IMG/VR virus record: IMGVR_UViG_3300027833_003138
Location: 64,001 to 128,000 of that record
Length of the DNA: 64,000 bases
Reading direction: 5' to 3' (one strand)
Source of the DNA: a virus
A program made the position numbers and the translations under genes. Below, in pieces: positions 28,766 to 38,048 of the stretch. The notes under the pieces are model-generated. The model saw only the letters and a list, made by a program, of their open reading frames with translations, did not search any database and was not told the DNA's origin. Each line of letters opens with the position of its first letter. Position 1 is the first letter of the stretch.

Positions 28766-29679
28766 GCAAGCCTTTTTTAAGATTTGAAGATGGTAAGATT
28801 TCTTTGGGAGGCAAGGATCTAATGGTTCAGTCTGCTAATTTATCAATAACCCCAACTCTAGAACCAGAAAGAGTATATGGAGACCTTGATCTCTCGATAG
28901 TCGGAGCGAAAACCGAGTTTGTTAATTTTGCAGCTACCGCAGGTCTTCGCGGCAAGCTTGATATTTCTTTTGTAATTACTGCTGAATTTTTTAAACAAAA
29001 TAATATTATTAATTCTATTGATAGATTGTTTGAAATAAAAGACGGTATGAGTGAAAATCCTATTGATGGAAATATAGTTGGTCGTTATTTATTTGATAAT
29101 ATGTATTTAACTAATTTTAGTTTTAGTATAGCTCCTTTTCAAGTTATACAAGCTAATGCAAGTTATGATATATATGGTACAATATTAAAAACAGTAGATA
29201 GAAGGTTTCAAGAATTAAATATTGATCCTGCTCACGGACTTAAATCATTTGGAGAAATAAAAGCAAGCAATACAAATATGGACACCGCGAATAAAAAACA
29301 ATTTGAGGTATCTAAATTAAATTATAATATAATAGTGGGAAGGAAGATACATAATCATATAAAAGACGGCGAACATACCTCTATTAATACAACCGCGAAT
29401 GGAGTGGTTCCTACTCGCGTGTCAATTGAGAATATTGAAGCAGAGATGAATATAGAATCAAACGACATGGTAAGAAATTTAAATCCAGACGGAAATTATC
29501 AATCAGGAACAACTCCCGAAGGTTTAAGCGACTCTACTATACAGGCTTTTTTGTACAGCTTGCAGGGAGAAAAGATCGCTAATTTCTCTTGTTCTGGAAG
29601 GATACACGGTCAGTCAATTTCAATATCAGAGGGCTCGCATGCGATGGGTTCAGTATCTGTAAAGCAGATAATTAAATAA
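28762..29679 (+). CDS. tail tip structural protein
   Basis: Beta-rich, within tail operon; YL.NFSFSI.P...I.A.A.Y pattern. Confidence 0.5.
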   Translation: MSKPFLRFEDGKISLGGKDLMVQSANLSITPTLEPERVYGDLDLSIVGAKTEFVNFAATAGLRGKLDISFVITAEFFKQNNIINSIDRLFEIKDGMSENPIDGNIVGRYLFDNMYLTNFSFSIAPFQVIQANASYDIYGTILKTVDRRFQELNIDPAHGLKSFGEIKASNTNMDTANKKQFEVSKLNYNIIVGRKIHNHIKDGEHTSINTTANGVVPTRVSIENIEAEMNIESNDMVRNLNPDGNYQSGTTPEGLSDSTIQAFLYSLQGEKIANFSCSGRIHGQSISISEGSHAMGSVSVKQIIK

Positions 29680-29681
29680 TC

Positions 29682-31970
29682 ATGACAATCTCCGCTCCAG
29701 CCTCGGACGTTTCTGAAGGAAGAATGGGAAACCTTGTTAATTATAGCGGGGTTTTTCAAACAGGACAAAATTACGAACAATTTGATTTTGTTTATGCTAC
29801 GGGTGATGGGTTGTATTATTACGCAAAGCAAAATATGGTTTTTGGCGGCGGAGTCTCTGTGTCGGACAATCAAAGATTTACATTGCTTCCTCACGAGGTA
29901 GCAGCTAATTCTCATTATATTATTGATGAGTTTAATAGGCCCGACGATCTAAACGCAACATTTAGCCCTGGAAATATAATAAATATAGCTGGGTCTACTG
30001 GGTCTAGCGATGGAACTTATTCTATATTAAATATAGAAAAAAATTATACAAGTACCACCGTTCAAGGTTTAACTGGTGCAGCAATAAAAATAAAAGGGAC
30101 ATCTGAAACTAGTTTTATAGAAAATTACGAACCTTCGTCTGCTAATGTTCTAACAATCTCAACAATCAATGCGTATCCTGAATCTAATCCAGATTTGTGG
30201 ACAAGTAATAAGTTTTTTTACGACGCAGATTATGGATCAACAGTTAATTTTAAGGCAAATAATATAAAACATGAGTATGGTAATGGTTATTATATTCTGC
30301 AGCCAAAAGGCATAAATGCATTAACGTTTGAGGTTAATTTAAAATTCGACAACAGAACAAATAAAGAAGCTAATTCTATAATACATTTTGTAGAAAACCA
30401 TTTGGGGCAATTAGAGGTTGACTCCTCCTCTCCTAACCTTAAATATAAACAAGGAATATCAGGGTTTCGATGGGACGGAAACGCGATGTTTAATCCTTAT
30501 CGATCGACAGAAAATGAAGCTAAGACTTTTTATTGCTCAGAATTTAATCATGCTTTAAGTTTTGAGAACAGTAACAATATAAGTTTAAAACTTAGAAATT
30601 TAGACACTTCTTCGTTGAGGAAATCTGAGCAGTTGTTTATAAGGAAAGCAGAAACGTTTGACCCGACAATGGTTTACGAGAAAAATGATGTAGCTTTTTA
30701 TACTGGTAACCATTCATACTATTATTGGCACAGCGATTCAAGTACCAGTAATAAAGTTCCTTCTGAGATAACTACGGGTTTTAATGGCAGGCTTGATTAC
30801 AAGAAAGATTTACATACAGGTTACTGGACTCGCGATTTCTTTTGGAGGCCATCTTTAGGGCTAAGCGTTGATCAAAAGCCAAGAATGAACGAAATAGAAC
30901 TGGGAGGATACCTTCAGATTTATAACGACGGCATAAATGAAAGCCTTTTAAATTTGGACTTGCAGTTCAATAATAGAGATGATGAGGAAGCTTACGCTAT
31001 ACTTCATTTCCTTGAGCAAAGACTAGGTTACAAACCTTTTAATTTTACGCCTCCCGCCCCATATAATAGAAAGCAAAACTTTGTGTGTCAGGAGTGGAGC
31101 CACACTTATAATTACAAAAATAATCATAGCATATCTGCTCGATTCGAGCAGTTTCCATTTAATATAGATGAGCAGGATTTTACCAATTTAGACACTCCTC
31201 CAGAATTGGCAGAGGGAGAATTAATATTCACCTCTCCGTTGTCGTTTTCGATCAAGGACCAAGGAGAACAAATAATTCCCGGAGAAAAAGGAAAGGGTAG
31301 GGTTAAGTTAATGAATATAGGAGATAAACCCTTGACGTTAATTAGTGCAGAAGCGATAGAGAGAGACATTGGGTCTTTTTCTATTATAGGGCAGGGCGGA
31401 GGCGCAAACGTTCCTTTTATTGGCGAAGGTCTTGATAAAGAAGATTACATATATAACCTTCCGTCTGCCGGTTTTCCTTTTGGTCTAAACGGCAAAACAA
31501 TAAAACTAAGCAAGTCTTATACACCTGGCGTTAGTGATGGCGGGCAGATGTTTACGGTGGTCACAGGTTCCCCTGGTAACTACAGATCCGAAATAGTTAA
31601 TTCAGTTCCAAACACTTTTTTTCAAAACAACAGAGGGCAAATAAAATCCGGAGTAAGTGAGCCGTTTAATACTGCATACAGGGAGTGCGGTAAATTTGCG
31701 ATTGAGAATTTCTTTATCAATAATCAAAAGACCACAATCGAGGCAGGAGAGGAAGGCTATATTGATATTGAGTTTTATGGAATCAATGACTCGGACGTAA
31801 ATGTTTTTTTGGTCGATGAATTCACGGACAATATAATAGACAATAATTCAGACTTTATTCTTGTGGGCCTTACAAATAAATACTATTTTGGAGATTTGTA
31901 TATAAGAAGCTCTGCTTCAAGCGACCTTCAACAAGGCGAGTTAAAAATATTCGTCGCAGCAGAAAAATAA
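29682..31970 (+). CDS. lambda gpM-like minor tail (distal tail) protein with two gpM-like domains
   Basis: Two copies of G.GY.Q....GIN...L.F.NR...EA..I.HF.E...G; second ends F.F.PP.PY...FVC.EW...I.A.F.Q. Confidence 0.75.
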   Translation: MTISAPASDVSEGRMGNLVNYSGVFQTGQNYEQFDFVYATGDGLYYYAKQNMVFGGGVSVSDNQRFTLLPHEVAANSHYIIDEFNRPDDLNATFSPGNIINIAGSTGSSDGTYSILNIEKNYTSTTVQGLTGAAIKIKGTSETSFIENYEPSSANVLTISTINAYPESNPDLWTSNKFFYDADYGSTVNFKANNIKHEYGNGYYILQPKGINALTFEVNLKFDNRTNKEANSIIHFVENHLGQLEVDSSSPNLKYKQGISGFRWDGNAMFNPYRSTENEAKTFYCSEFNHALSFENSNNISLKLRNLDTSSLRKSEQLFIRKAETFDPTMVYEKNDVAFYTGNHSYYYWHSDSSTSNKVPSEITTGFNGRLDYKKDLHTGYWTRDFFWRPSLGLSVDQKPRMNEIELGGYLQIYNDGINESLLNLDLQFNNRDDEEAYAILHFLEQRLGYKPFNFTPPAPYNRKQNFVCQEWSHTYNYKNNHSISARFEQFPFNIDEQDFTNLDTPPELAEGELIFTSPLSFSIKDQGEQIIPGEKGKGRVKLMNIGDKPLTLISAEAIERDIGSFSIIGQGGGANVPFIGEGLDKEDYIYNLPSAGFPFGLNGKTIKLSKSYTPGVSDGGQMFTVVTGSPGNYRSEIVNSVPNTFFQNNRGQIKSGVSEPFNTAYRECGKFAIENFFINNQKTTIEAGEEGYIDIEFYGINDSDVNVFLVDEFTDNIIDNNSDFILVGLTNKYYFGDLYIRSSASSDLQQGELKIFVAAEK

Positions 31971-31972
31971 TT

Positions 31973-33052
31973 ATGGCAAAATCAGAATCAAATTTTAATA
32001 AGCAATTAATTTCAATCACTCCCGATTCGGTCGTGGATATGTACGAAATCGATTTTAGCAACCTTCAGTCAAACTTTGAAATGCTTAAGGATTTACATGG
32101 AGTTAATCTGGGCGCAGATGCTATATATAGGTTTTGCCCCATGAAGAATTCAAGCAATCCTGTTTATTGGCAGGGGAATGCCTATCAACCTTTGCCTGTA
32201 AAAATGGAGGGTTTTGAGAGTCAGTCAGACGGAAGACTTCCAAGGCCAACAATTTCAATAGCTAACCCCGAGGGGCTTTTGTCTAAAATTATTAGATCTA
32301 ATAAAGATTTCGCCAATTGCAAGGTTACCCGGAAGAGAACTTTTGTTAAATTTCTTGATGATGAAAACTTTCAAAATAGGAATTTAAACGAATCAGGAAA
32401 GAATCCTTTTGGCGAATCCGACCCAAACTCACACTTTCCTGATGATATATTTTTTATAAACAAGAAAACAATAGAAAATAAAAACGTAATTACTTTTGAG
32501 CTTGTGTCTTCATTAGAGCTTCAGGGATCAAGTGTTCCAGCAAGAATAGTCATGCCTTCTCATTGCTCTTGGATGTATAGATGTTCTATTGGTTGTGGGT
32601 ACAAGGGTCTAGCCATAGAGGATAACGAGGGTAGGGATCTAACTCAGAAATATGCCCATAATAATTACGGCAATGGATTGGAAGATATTCCCAAATGGAG
32701 CAAGCATGGGTTTTTAGATAACGAGCTAGTTCCTGGCGGATACGACTCTGGCTCATTGGTTAAAATAATTCCACAAAGCTCGGCTGACCCTTATAAATCT
32801 ACGCCTGTTGTTTTTTTATGTATAAAAACCCACGCTATTGCATCCGATCATATACCGTTTTTTGATAATAATCACTGGGTAAAAGACGAATGTCAGAAAA
32901 CAATAGACTCTTGCAAGAAAAGATTCTCTGAGTCTCATTTGGATTCTTTGGGCGGGTCTAGGAATATCACCGATTATAACAAAATAAACATAACTCATAA
33001 AGGATTAAGGTTTGGAGGTTTCCCGGGCACAGAAAGATATCCAGCTGCATAA
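31973..33052 (+). CDS. lambda gpL-like minor tail protein
   Basis: WQG..Y.P.P...GFE...G.LPRP...N, V.RKRTF.KFLD..NF, C.W.YR..GCGY.G, D.C.K...CK.RF, FGGFPG. Confidence 0.9.
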   Translation: MAKSESNFNKQLISITPDSVVDMYEIDFSNLQSNFEMLKDLHGVNLGADAIYRFCPMKNSSNPVYWQGNAYQPLPVKMEGFESQSDGRLPRPTISIANPEGLLSKIIRSNKDFANCKVTRKRTFVKFLDDENFQNRNLNESGKNPFGESDPNSHFPDDIFFINKKTIENKNVITFELVSSLELQGSSVPARIVMPSHCSWMYRCSIGCGYKGLAIEDNEGRDLTQKYAHNNYGNGLEDIPKWSKHGFLDNELVPGGYDSGSLVKIIPQSSADPYKSTPVVFLCIKTHAIASDHIPFFDNNHWVKDECQKTIDSCKKRFSESHLDSLGGSRNITDYNKINITHKGLRFGGFPGTERYPAA

Positions 33053-33368
33053 AACTATACTCGAACAGGTTAAGACTTATTGCTTGCGGTCTTTAACTGA
33101 GGAGAGTTGCGGATTGATCGTTGAGTCTACTTCAGGCCTAAAGGTTTTGCCTTGCAAAAACGAAAGCCCTTTTCCTGAGCATCATTTTATGATTAATTTA
33201 AATATTTTTATAGAAAATAAAGTTTTATATGTTTATCATTCTCATGTGAATTGCTCAGTAAATCCATCTATTACAGATAAGTTATATTCTGATGAATTAT
33301 GTATCCCATTTTTGATCTATAGCATTAGGGATGATGAATTTGGTATATATGGCAATATAAGTGTATAG
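33012..33368 (+). CDS. gpK-like JAB/MPN metalloprotease, without NlpC/P60 domain
   Basis: EESCGLIV...PC.N...F...YHSH....PS..D JAMM motif; start uncertain (TTG). Confidence 0.85.
   Translation: MEVSRAQKDIQLHKTILEQVKTYCLRSLTEESCGLIVESTSGLKVLPCKNESPFPEHHFMINLNIFIENKVLYVYHSHVNCSVNPSITDKLYSDELCIPFLIYSIRDDEFGIYGNISV
33361..33365 (+). promoter_or_regulatory. GTGTA motif upstream of I-J fusion gene
   Basis: GTGTA followed by TAAGG twice, then ATG 33390. Confidence 0.5.
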
Positions 33369-33389
33369 TTATTTAAGGTTTAAGGTTAA

Positions 33390-36300
33390 ATGAAAACAGT
33401 ATATTTATATGGAAAGCTTGGAAAGCGCTTTGGTAGAAAGTGGACCTTGAACGCGGACTCAGCTGTGGAGGTTTTTGCCGCTATAGATGCTAATAAAGAG
33501 GGGTTTCTTGAGTATCTTGCCAAAAGTCAATCGGACGGTATTGATTATGCTGTTTTAAATAAATCTCCGACCGATATTTCATCAAAAAAAGAATTAAAAA
33601 AACATATGATCTCCGAGTCTATGGTTGAGATAAAGGACAGGAAGCAAGAAATGCATATTGTTCCCGCGCCGCAAGGTAACGCGGTCGCCATAAGCTCCCT
33701 CTTTATAGTCGCTGCGACTGGCCAATTGACTCTTCTTGGTAAGATAGTTGTGGCCGTTGCTGTGTCTTTTGTTGTTGGGGCGATAATGAAAGCGTTATTT
33801 AAGCCGCCCGAAAGAAAAACCCCTACAACAACAAAATCTTATTTACTCAAGGGTGTAGCTAATAGGCAAAGCCAAGGAGTTGCAGTACCTTTGGGTTATG
33901 GAAGATTAAAAATAGGTTCAACAAATATATCTCAACACAAAGTATCAAAAAGAAAAAGCGTCCCAGGAAAGTCTCATGTTTTAGAGTCTTATACCGAGAT
34001 AGAGTTTTTGGATTTATTGAGTGAAGGTCCGATAGCTGGACTTTGCGATCAAAATGGGAACTTAATAAACCTTAGTCGTTCTGGCATTATTGAGAGACTA
34101 GCGCAGAAGGTCTTGGGTTACGACCTTCGGGAGGGTATTTTTTTAAACAATGTGCCTGTTGTGAATACCCCAATAAGCGAAGCCGAGACTGGAACTGCAA
34201 ATTATATACTCAATGAAAATGGCGAGACTCCTGTAATCAAGACAGGAGAAGAAAAAGACACTTTGATTATTTCAGATTTTAATTGTTTTGTTGTTGATCA
34301 TTCCGTGTTATTATATGGAGCCGGACCCTACACAAGAAACGAGGGGGGAGCCGAGCATAGGCCTGATGTAGAAAGCGCAAAGAAAAACGGAGCCAAAATA
34401 GCAGCTCATTTTGTGGCAAACAAAAATGTTAACAAAATTCGAATCGAAATGAACACAACTTTGTCGATACAGAACGATGATGGCAGTAATCAGGGGAATA
34501 ATGTTCAATTTGCAATATTAATGGAAAAAGACTATGTCGAGCACAATGTCTTGTCTCCAGGTTCTGGTTGTATCGTTAAGTTTGATGATTCATTGAACGG
34601 AGCCGTAACCACCGACGAAAGCAATAGGTTTATTGTTACGGGCCTCTGCACTTCGCTGTATGCTTTTGATATTATTATTGAATTTGATCGACCAAAAATA
34701 AGCTCTAAGGGTATAACTTTTAAATTAATAAAGTTAAGCAATGAATATGATCCCTCGGTAAAAGGAGCGTTAGGAGGAATAGGTAGAGACAGAAGTTTAA
34801 AGTTATCTTCCGTTGCTGAATACGTAGAAGAGCCTTTGCTTTATCCTTATAGCGCCATCGTCAAACTCAAATTTGACAGTAAGAATTTTTCAAATTTACC
34901 CGATAGATCTTATCATGCGAAGTTAAAGAAAGTTTTAATTCCTTCGAATTATGATCCAATCTCAAAGCATTATGACGGACCTTGGGATGGATTGTTTAAG
35001 GGGCAGCCGGATTCTCTTTCGTCCATACATTCTGTAAGCGATGAAGACAAGTATTGGACGGATAATCCTGCTTGGGTTTTTTATGATTTATTATCTAATG
35101 CTAGATATGGGGTTGGGAAGTACGGTCTATATGAAGAATATATCGATCGATGGCAGCTGTATAGAATATCAAAATACTGCGACGAATTGGTTAGAACCGA
35201 TTACGAAATAGAAACCTCTTCTGGTTCTCCTGTAAATTTTAGCTCCGTGGTTGAGTCGAATAGCAAACTAGACTCTTTTAGCATAACTATAGACCAAGCA
35301 TCATATAGTTCCGATAATTTTATCAAAGATTTTGGAACAGGAAGTCAATTCAAGGGAAAAAAGATAGCTTTTTTTGTTCCATCAAGAAACCAGGATATCT
35401 CGGCTTTGACGGGAACAAATAAAAGCGAAGCCATACAGCAATTGCGATCAAGAGCTACTCAGTTATCTGGCGAAATCAAAATAGAACAGAGAGACATTAT
35501 ATCAAGCAATCCAAATAAAAGTGGGGGAGGCACTGTCATTGTCTCGGGTCCAGATTTAAGCGGTTTGAGTGCATCGTTTCAAGAGGGAGCTTCTATCAAG
35601 ACGATTGGTGGTTGCGCGGTTCAAATCAATCATGCTATAGTCGAGCCAAGATTTACTTCTAACTTGTATATAACTGATGAAATGGAAGCCCTTCAGCTTA
35701 TTAACAATATGGCGTCTGTATTTAGGGGGATTATTACTTTTTATAATGGAAAAATAATGGCGATTCAAGATTCATACAAGAATCCTATTCAGTTATTTAA
35801 TAATTCAAACGTAAGTCAAGATAGTTTTTCGTACTCTGGGGTAAGTAAGGATCAAAAAATAACAAGCTCTATCGTTAGATATAACAATAAAGATGATAGC
35901 TTTAAGCCTGCAACCGCTCAAGAAGAAGATAAGAACGCAGTTAGAACTTTTGGATTCAAGGAAAAGGAGACTCTTGGTTTTGGGATAACATCCTCCAGTC
36001 AAGCAAGAAGGCTCGCCAAGTGGGTTCTGTTTACCACCCAACTAGAAACAGAAACTGTTTCTTTTGAGACTTCTGCCGAGGCTTCATATTTATATCCCGG
36101 ATCAATTTTCGAAGTTTCTGATGAAATGAGGGTGGGTAAGTCAAAAAGCGGAAGGGTTTTGGATATAAAATTTTATACAAAACAATATGAATTTGAACAG
36201 TCTGGTCAGGATAGAGTTTTGAAAAAATCTTTTGATGTATATAGCCCATATATTTTGTTAGATAAGCATATGGTTGATGAGCCGTTCGTATCTATGGTTG

Positions 36301-38045
36301 AATTGACAGTATGTACTGGTCTAGCTAATTCTACGGAAGAGAAAATAAACTTAAGAGCTCCTTTTGAGCGCTCCTCTCTTGATCAGGATGCCGAAATAGA
36401 GTCTGTTTTAGTTCCTCAGGTAATTAAATTTGAATGCTCTATTGGTTACAACTCGGAGGTAACAAAAAAAGGGCCCCAGGGACAAAATGTAATAGCGAGC
36501 GGCTTTTCTTTAAAAATTCCTTTTGAGCTGTCCTTGTCAGACAATACGTTTTCAATATTTAATCACGGCTTTGCCGACGGAGATAGAGTTAGATTTACAA
36601 CAGAGGGATCTCTTCCTTCTGGGATTAGCATGAGTAGAAGAGGTAGCACCGCTTATTATGTAAAAGATTCAACAAAACACACTTTCAAAATAAGCTATTC
36701 TGCGGGAGGGGATGAGGTAAATGTTTCAAGCCAAGGTTTAGATTCTCTTGGAAACGATGGAGGCTTGCATTATATATGCCCGGAGGATCAAGAAAAAACA
36801 AAAGAGGCTTTGACTAAAATAATGATCGGCTCATCTTGGAGCGCAAAGGGCGTGATGGCTGCGAAAACAGACAAAGAGCTCGAACAGGCGGTTGTAGATA
36901 AGTTGGAGTTGACATATGATGCAGCAACGAAGAGTGCAGGGTGGGCGCTCTCGGACTGGCTTGGTTGGGTTCGCGTTTTTAGCAATGATTGGGCATATAT
37001 CTCGCAGTTCGGTTGGGTATATCTTGGAGAGTTAAGGAAGTCTTCAGGAAGTGATGGTTTTTGGTTTTATACCTCGTCATCAAGAGGAAGTTCTTCCAGC
37101 GGTTGGGTATGGACCAACGATTCGCTTAAAGATACCTTTTGGTTTTTTTATTCATTATATTCTGAATCCAGTACCGCAAGTGGGTGGGTTATACCTTATT
37201 ACGATGATAGAAATAGCGTGTGCGAGCTTTTTGTTTACGACTCTGACGCTTCAAGGTCGGTGGGAGATAGCTATACTTTAAACAATGTTGAATACATTAT
37301 TGTTCAAAAGTCTTTTGGCGTCTCAGGTTATTTTATTAGACATCCGAATATTATAAATCAAATAGTCGGCACTCCAAGATCCAACCTAACAAATTCTTCT
37401 CCTTCGGATCTGGGGGGCTTAACGCTTAACCAAAGAAGAGAAACTTTGACCGGGTCGGGCTATTACAAGGAAGTAGATATAAATTCTTTTGATTATTTAA
37501 GCGCAGCTTCTTCGCTGCAAGCAAAGGAATCCATAAGAATAAACCTTAGCGAAACTCACACAGAGGTCATACAGGATGGGCAAGAAGTATTTGTTGAAGA
37601 TGTAATAGATTCTTCTGGGGATTTTGATGATTATGTAAATGTTGTTTATGTGTACGATAATGTAGATAAAAGGTGGACGACTTCCGTTAATCCTTGGCGG
37701 TTAATAAAAATAAATGATTATCAATTTGAATTAGAAAATTCTTCCGCTATCGTTTCTAGGCTGAGCTCTGCAAACATAACATCCTTTGGGAAAATCAATT
37801 TCATCCCTCCCCCTGTTTCCGAGGTTGAAAGATCCTTGCAGGGGCAACTTTTTAGAACAATGAGTGTAAAAGAAAAATCTCATAACAAGTATGAAGTTGT
37901 TGGTCTTGAATACAATCAATCTAAATTCGACGCAGTCGACAAGCAAACTGTCGTCAGGCAACCAGTTATGCCTATACCCCCTCAAGCGGACATGAGAATT
38001 CCAGAAGCTCCTGACACTTTAATATTAACCGATTTAACGATATAA
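33390..38045 (+). CDS. gpI (ubiquitin-like) fused to gpJ-like tail tip hub protein
   Basis: N-terminal V.LYG.LG..FG...HIVP..QG and QG..VP.GYG...IGS (gpI); then SEGPI.GL, YPYSA, WDG.FK...WTDNPAW..YDL..N.RYG.G, G.TS..QA.R..KW.L.T (gpJ). Confidence 0.88.
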   Translation: MKTVYLYGKLGKRFGRKWTLNADSAVEVFAAIDANKEGFLEYLAKSQSDGIDYAVLNKSPTDISSKKELKKHMISESMVEIKDRKQEMHIVPAPQGNAVAISSLFIVAATGQLTLLGKIVVAVAVSFVVGAIMKALFKPPERKTPTTTKSYLLKGVANRQSQGVAVPLGYGRLKIGSTNISQHKVSKRKSVPGKSHVLESYTEIEFLDLLSEGPIAGLCDQNGNLINLSRSGIIERLAQKVLGYDLREGIFLNNVPVVNTPISEAETGTANYILNENGETPVIKTGEEKDTLIISDFNCFVVDHSVLLYGAGPYTRNEGGAEHRPDVESAKKNGAKIAAHFVANKNVNKIRIEMNTTLSIQNDDGSNQGNNVQFAILMEKDYVEHNVLSPGSGCIVKFDDSLNGAVTTDESNRFIVTGLCTSLYAFDIIIEFDRPKISSKGITFKLIKLSNEYDPSVKGALGGIGRDRSLKLSSVAEYVEEPLLYPYSAIVKLKFDSKNFSNLPDRSYHAKLKKVLIPSNYDPISKHYDGPWDGLFKGQPDSLSSIHSVSDEDKYWTDNPAWVFYDLLSNARYGVGKYGLYEEYIDRWQLYRISKYCDELVRTDYEIETSSGSPVNFSSVVESNSKLDSFSITIDQASYSSDNFIKDFGTGSQFKGKKIAFFVPSRNQDISALTGTNKSEAIQQLRSRATQLSGEIKIEQRDIISSNPNKSGGGTVIVSGPDLSGLSASFQEGASIKTIGGCAVQINHAIVEPRFTSNLYITDEMEALQLINNMASVFRGIITFYNGKIMAIQDSYKNPIQLFNNSNVSQDSFSYSGVSKDQKITSSIVRYNNKDDSFKPATAQEEDKNAVRTFGFKEKETLGFGITSSSQARRLAKWVLFTTQLETETVSFETSAEASYLYPGSIFEVSDEMRVGKSKSGRVLDIKFYTKQYEFEQSGQDRVLKKSFDVYSPYILLDKHMVDEPFVSMVELTVCTGLANSTEEKINLRAPFERSSLDQDAEIESVLVPQVIKFECSIGYNSEVTKKGPQGQNVIASGFSLKIPFELSLSDNTFSIFNHGFADGDRVRFTTEGSLPSGISMSRRGSTAYYVKDSTKHTFKISYSAGGDEVNVSSQGLDSLGNDGGLHYICPEDQEKTKEALTKIMIGSSWSAKGVMAAKTDKELEQAVVDKLELTYDAATKSAGWALSDWLGWVRVFSNDWAYISQFGWVYLGELRKSSGSDGFWFYTSSSRGSSSSGWVWTNDSLKDTFWFFYSLYSESSTASGWVIPYYDDRNSVCELFVYDSDASRSVGDSYTLNNVEYIIVQKSFGVSGYFIRHPNIINQIVGTPRSNLTNSSPSDLGGLTLNQRRETLTGSGYYKEVDINSFDYLSAASSLQAKESIRINLSETHTEVIQDGQEVFVEDVIDSSGDFDDYVNVVYVYDNVDKRWTTSVNPWRLIKINDYQFELENSSAIVSRLSSANITSFGKINFIPPPVSEVERSLQGQLFRTMSVKEKSHNKYEVVGLEYNQSKFDAVDKQTVVRQPVMPIPPQADMRIPEAPDTLILTDLTI

Positions 38046-38048
38046 GAA

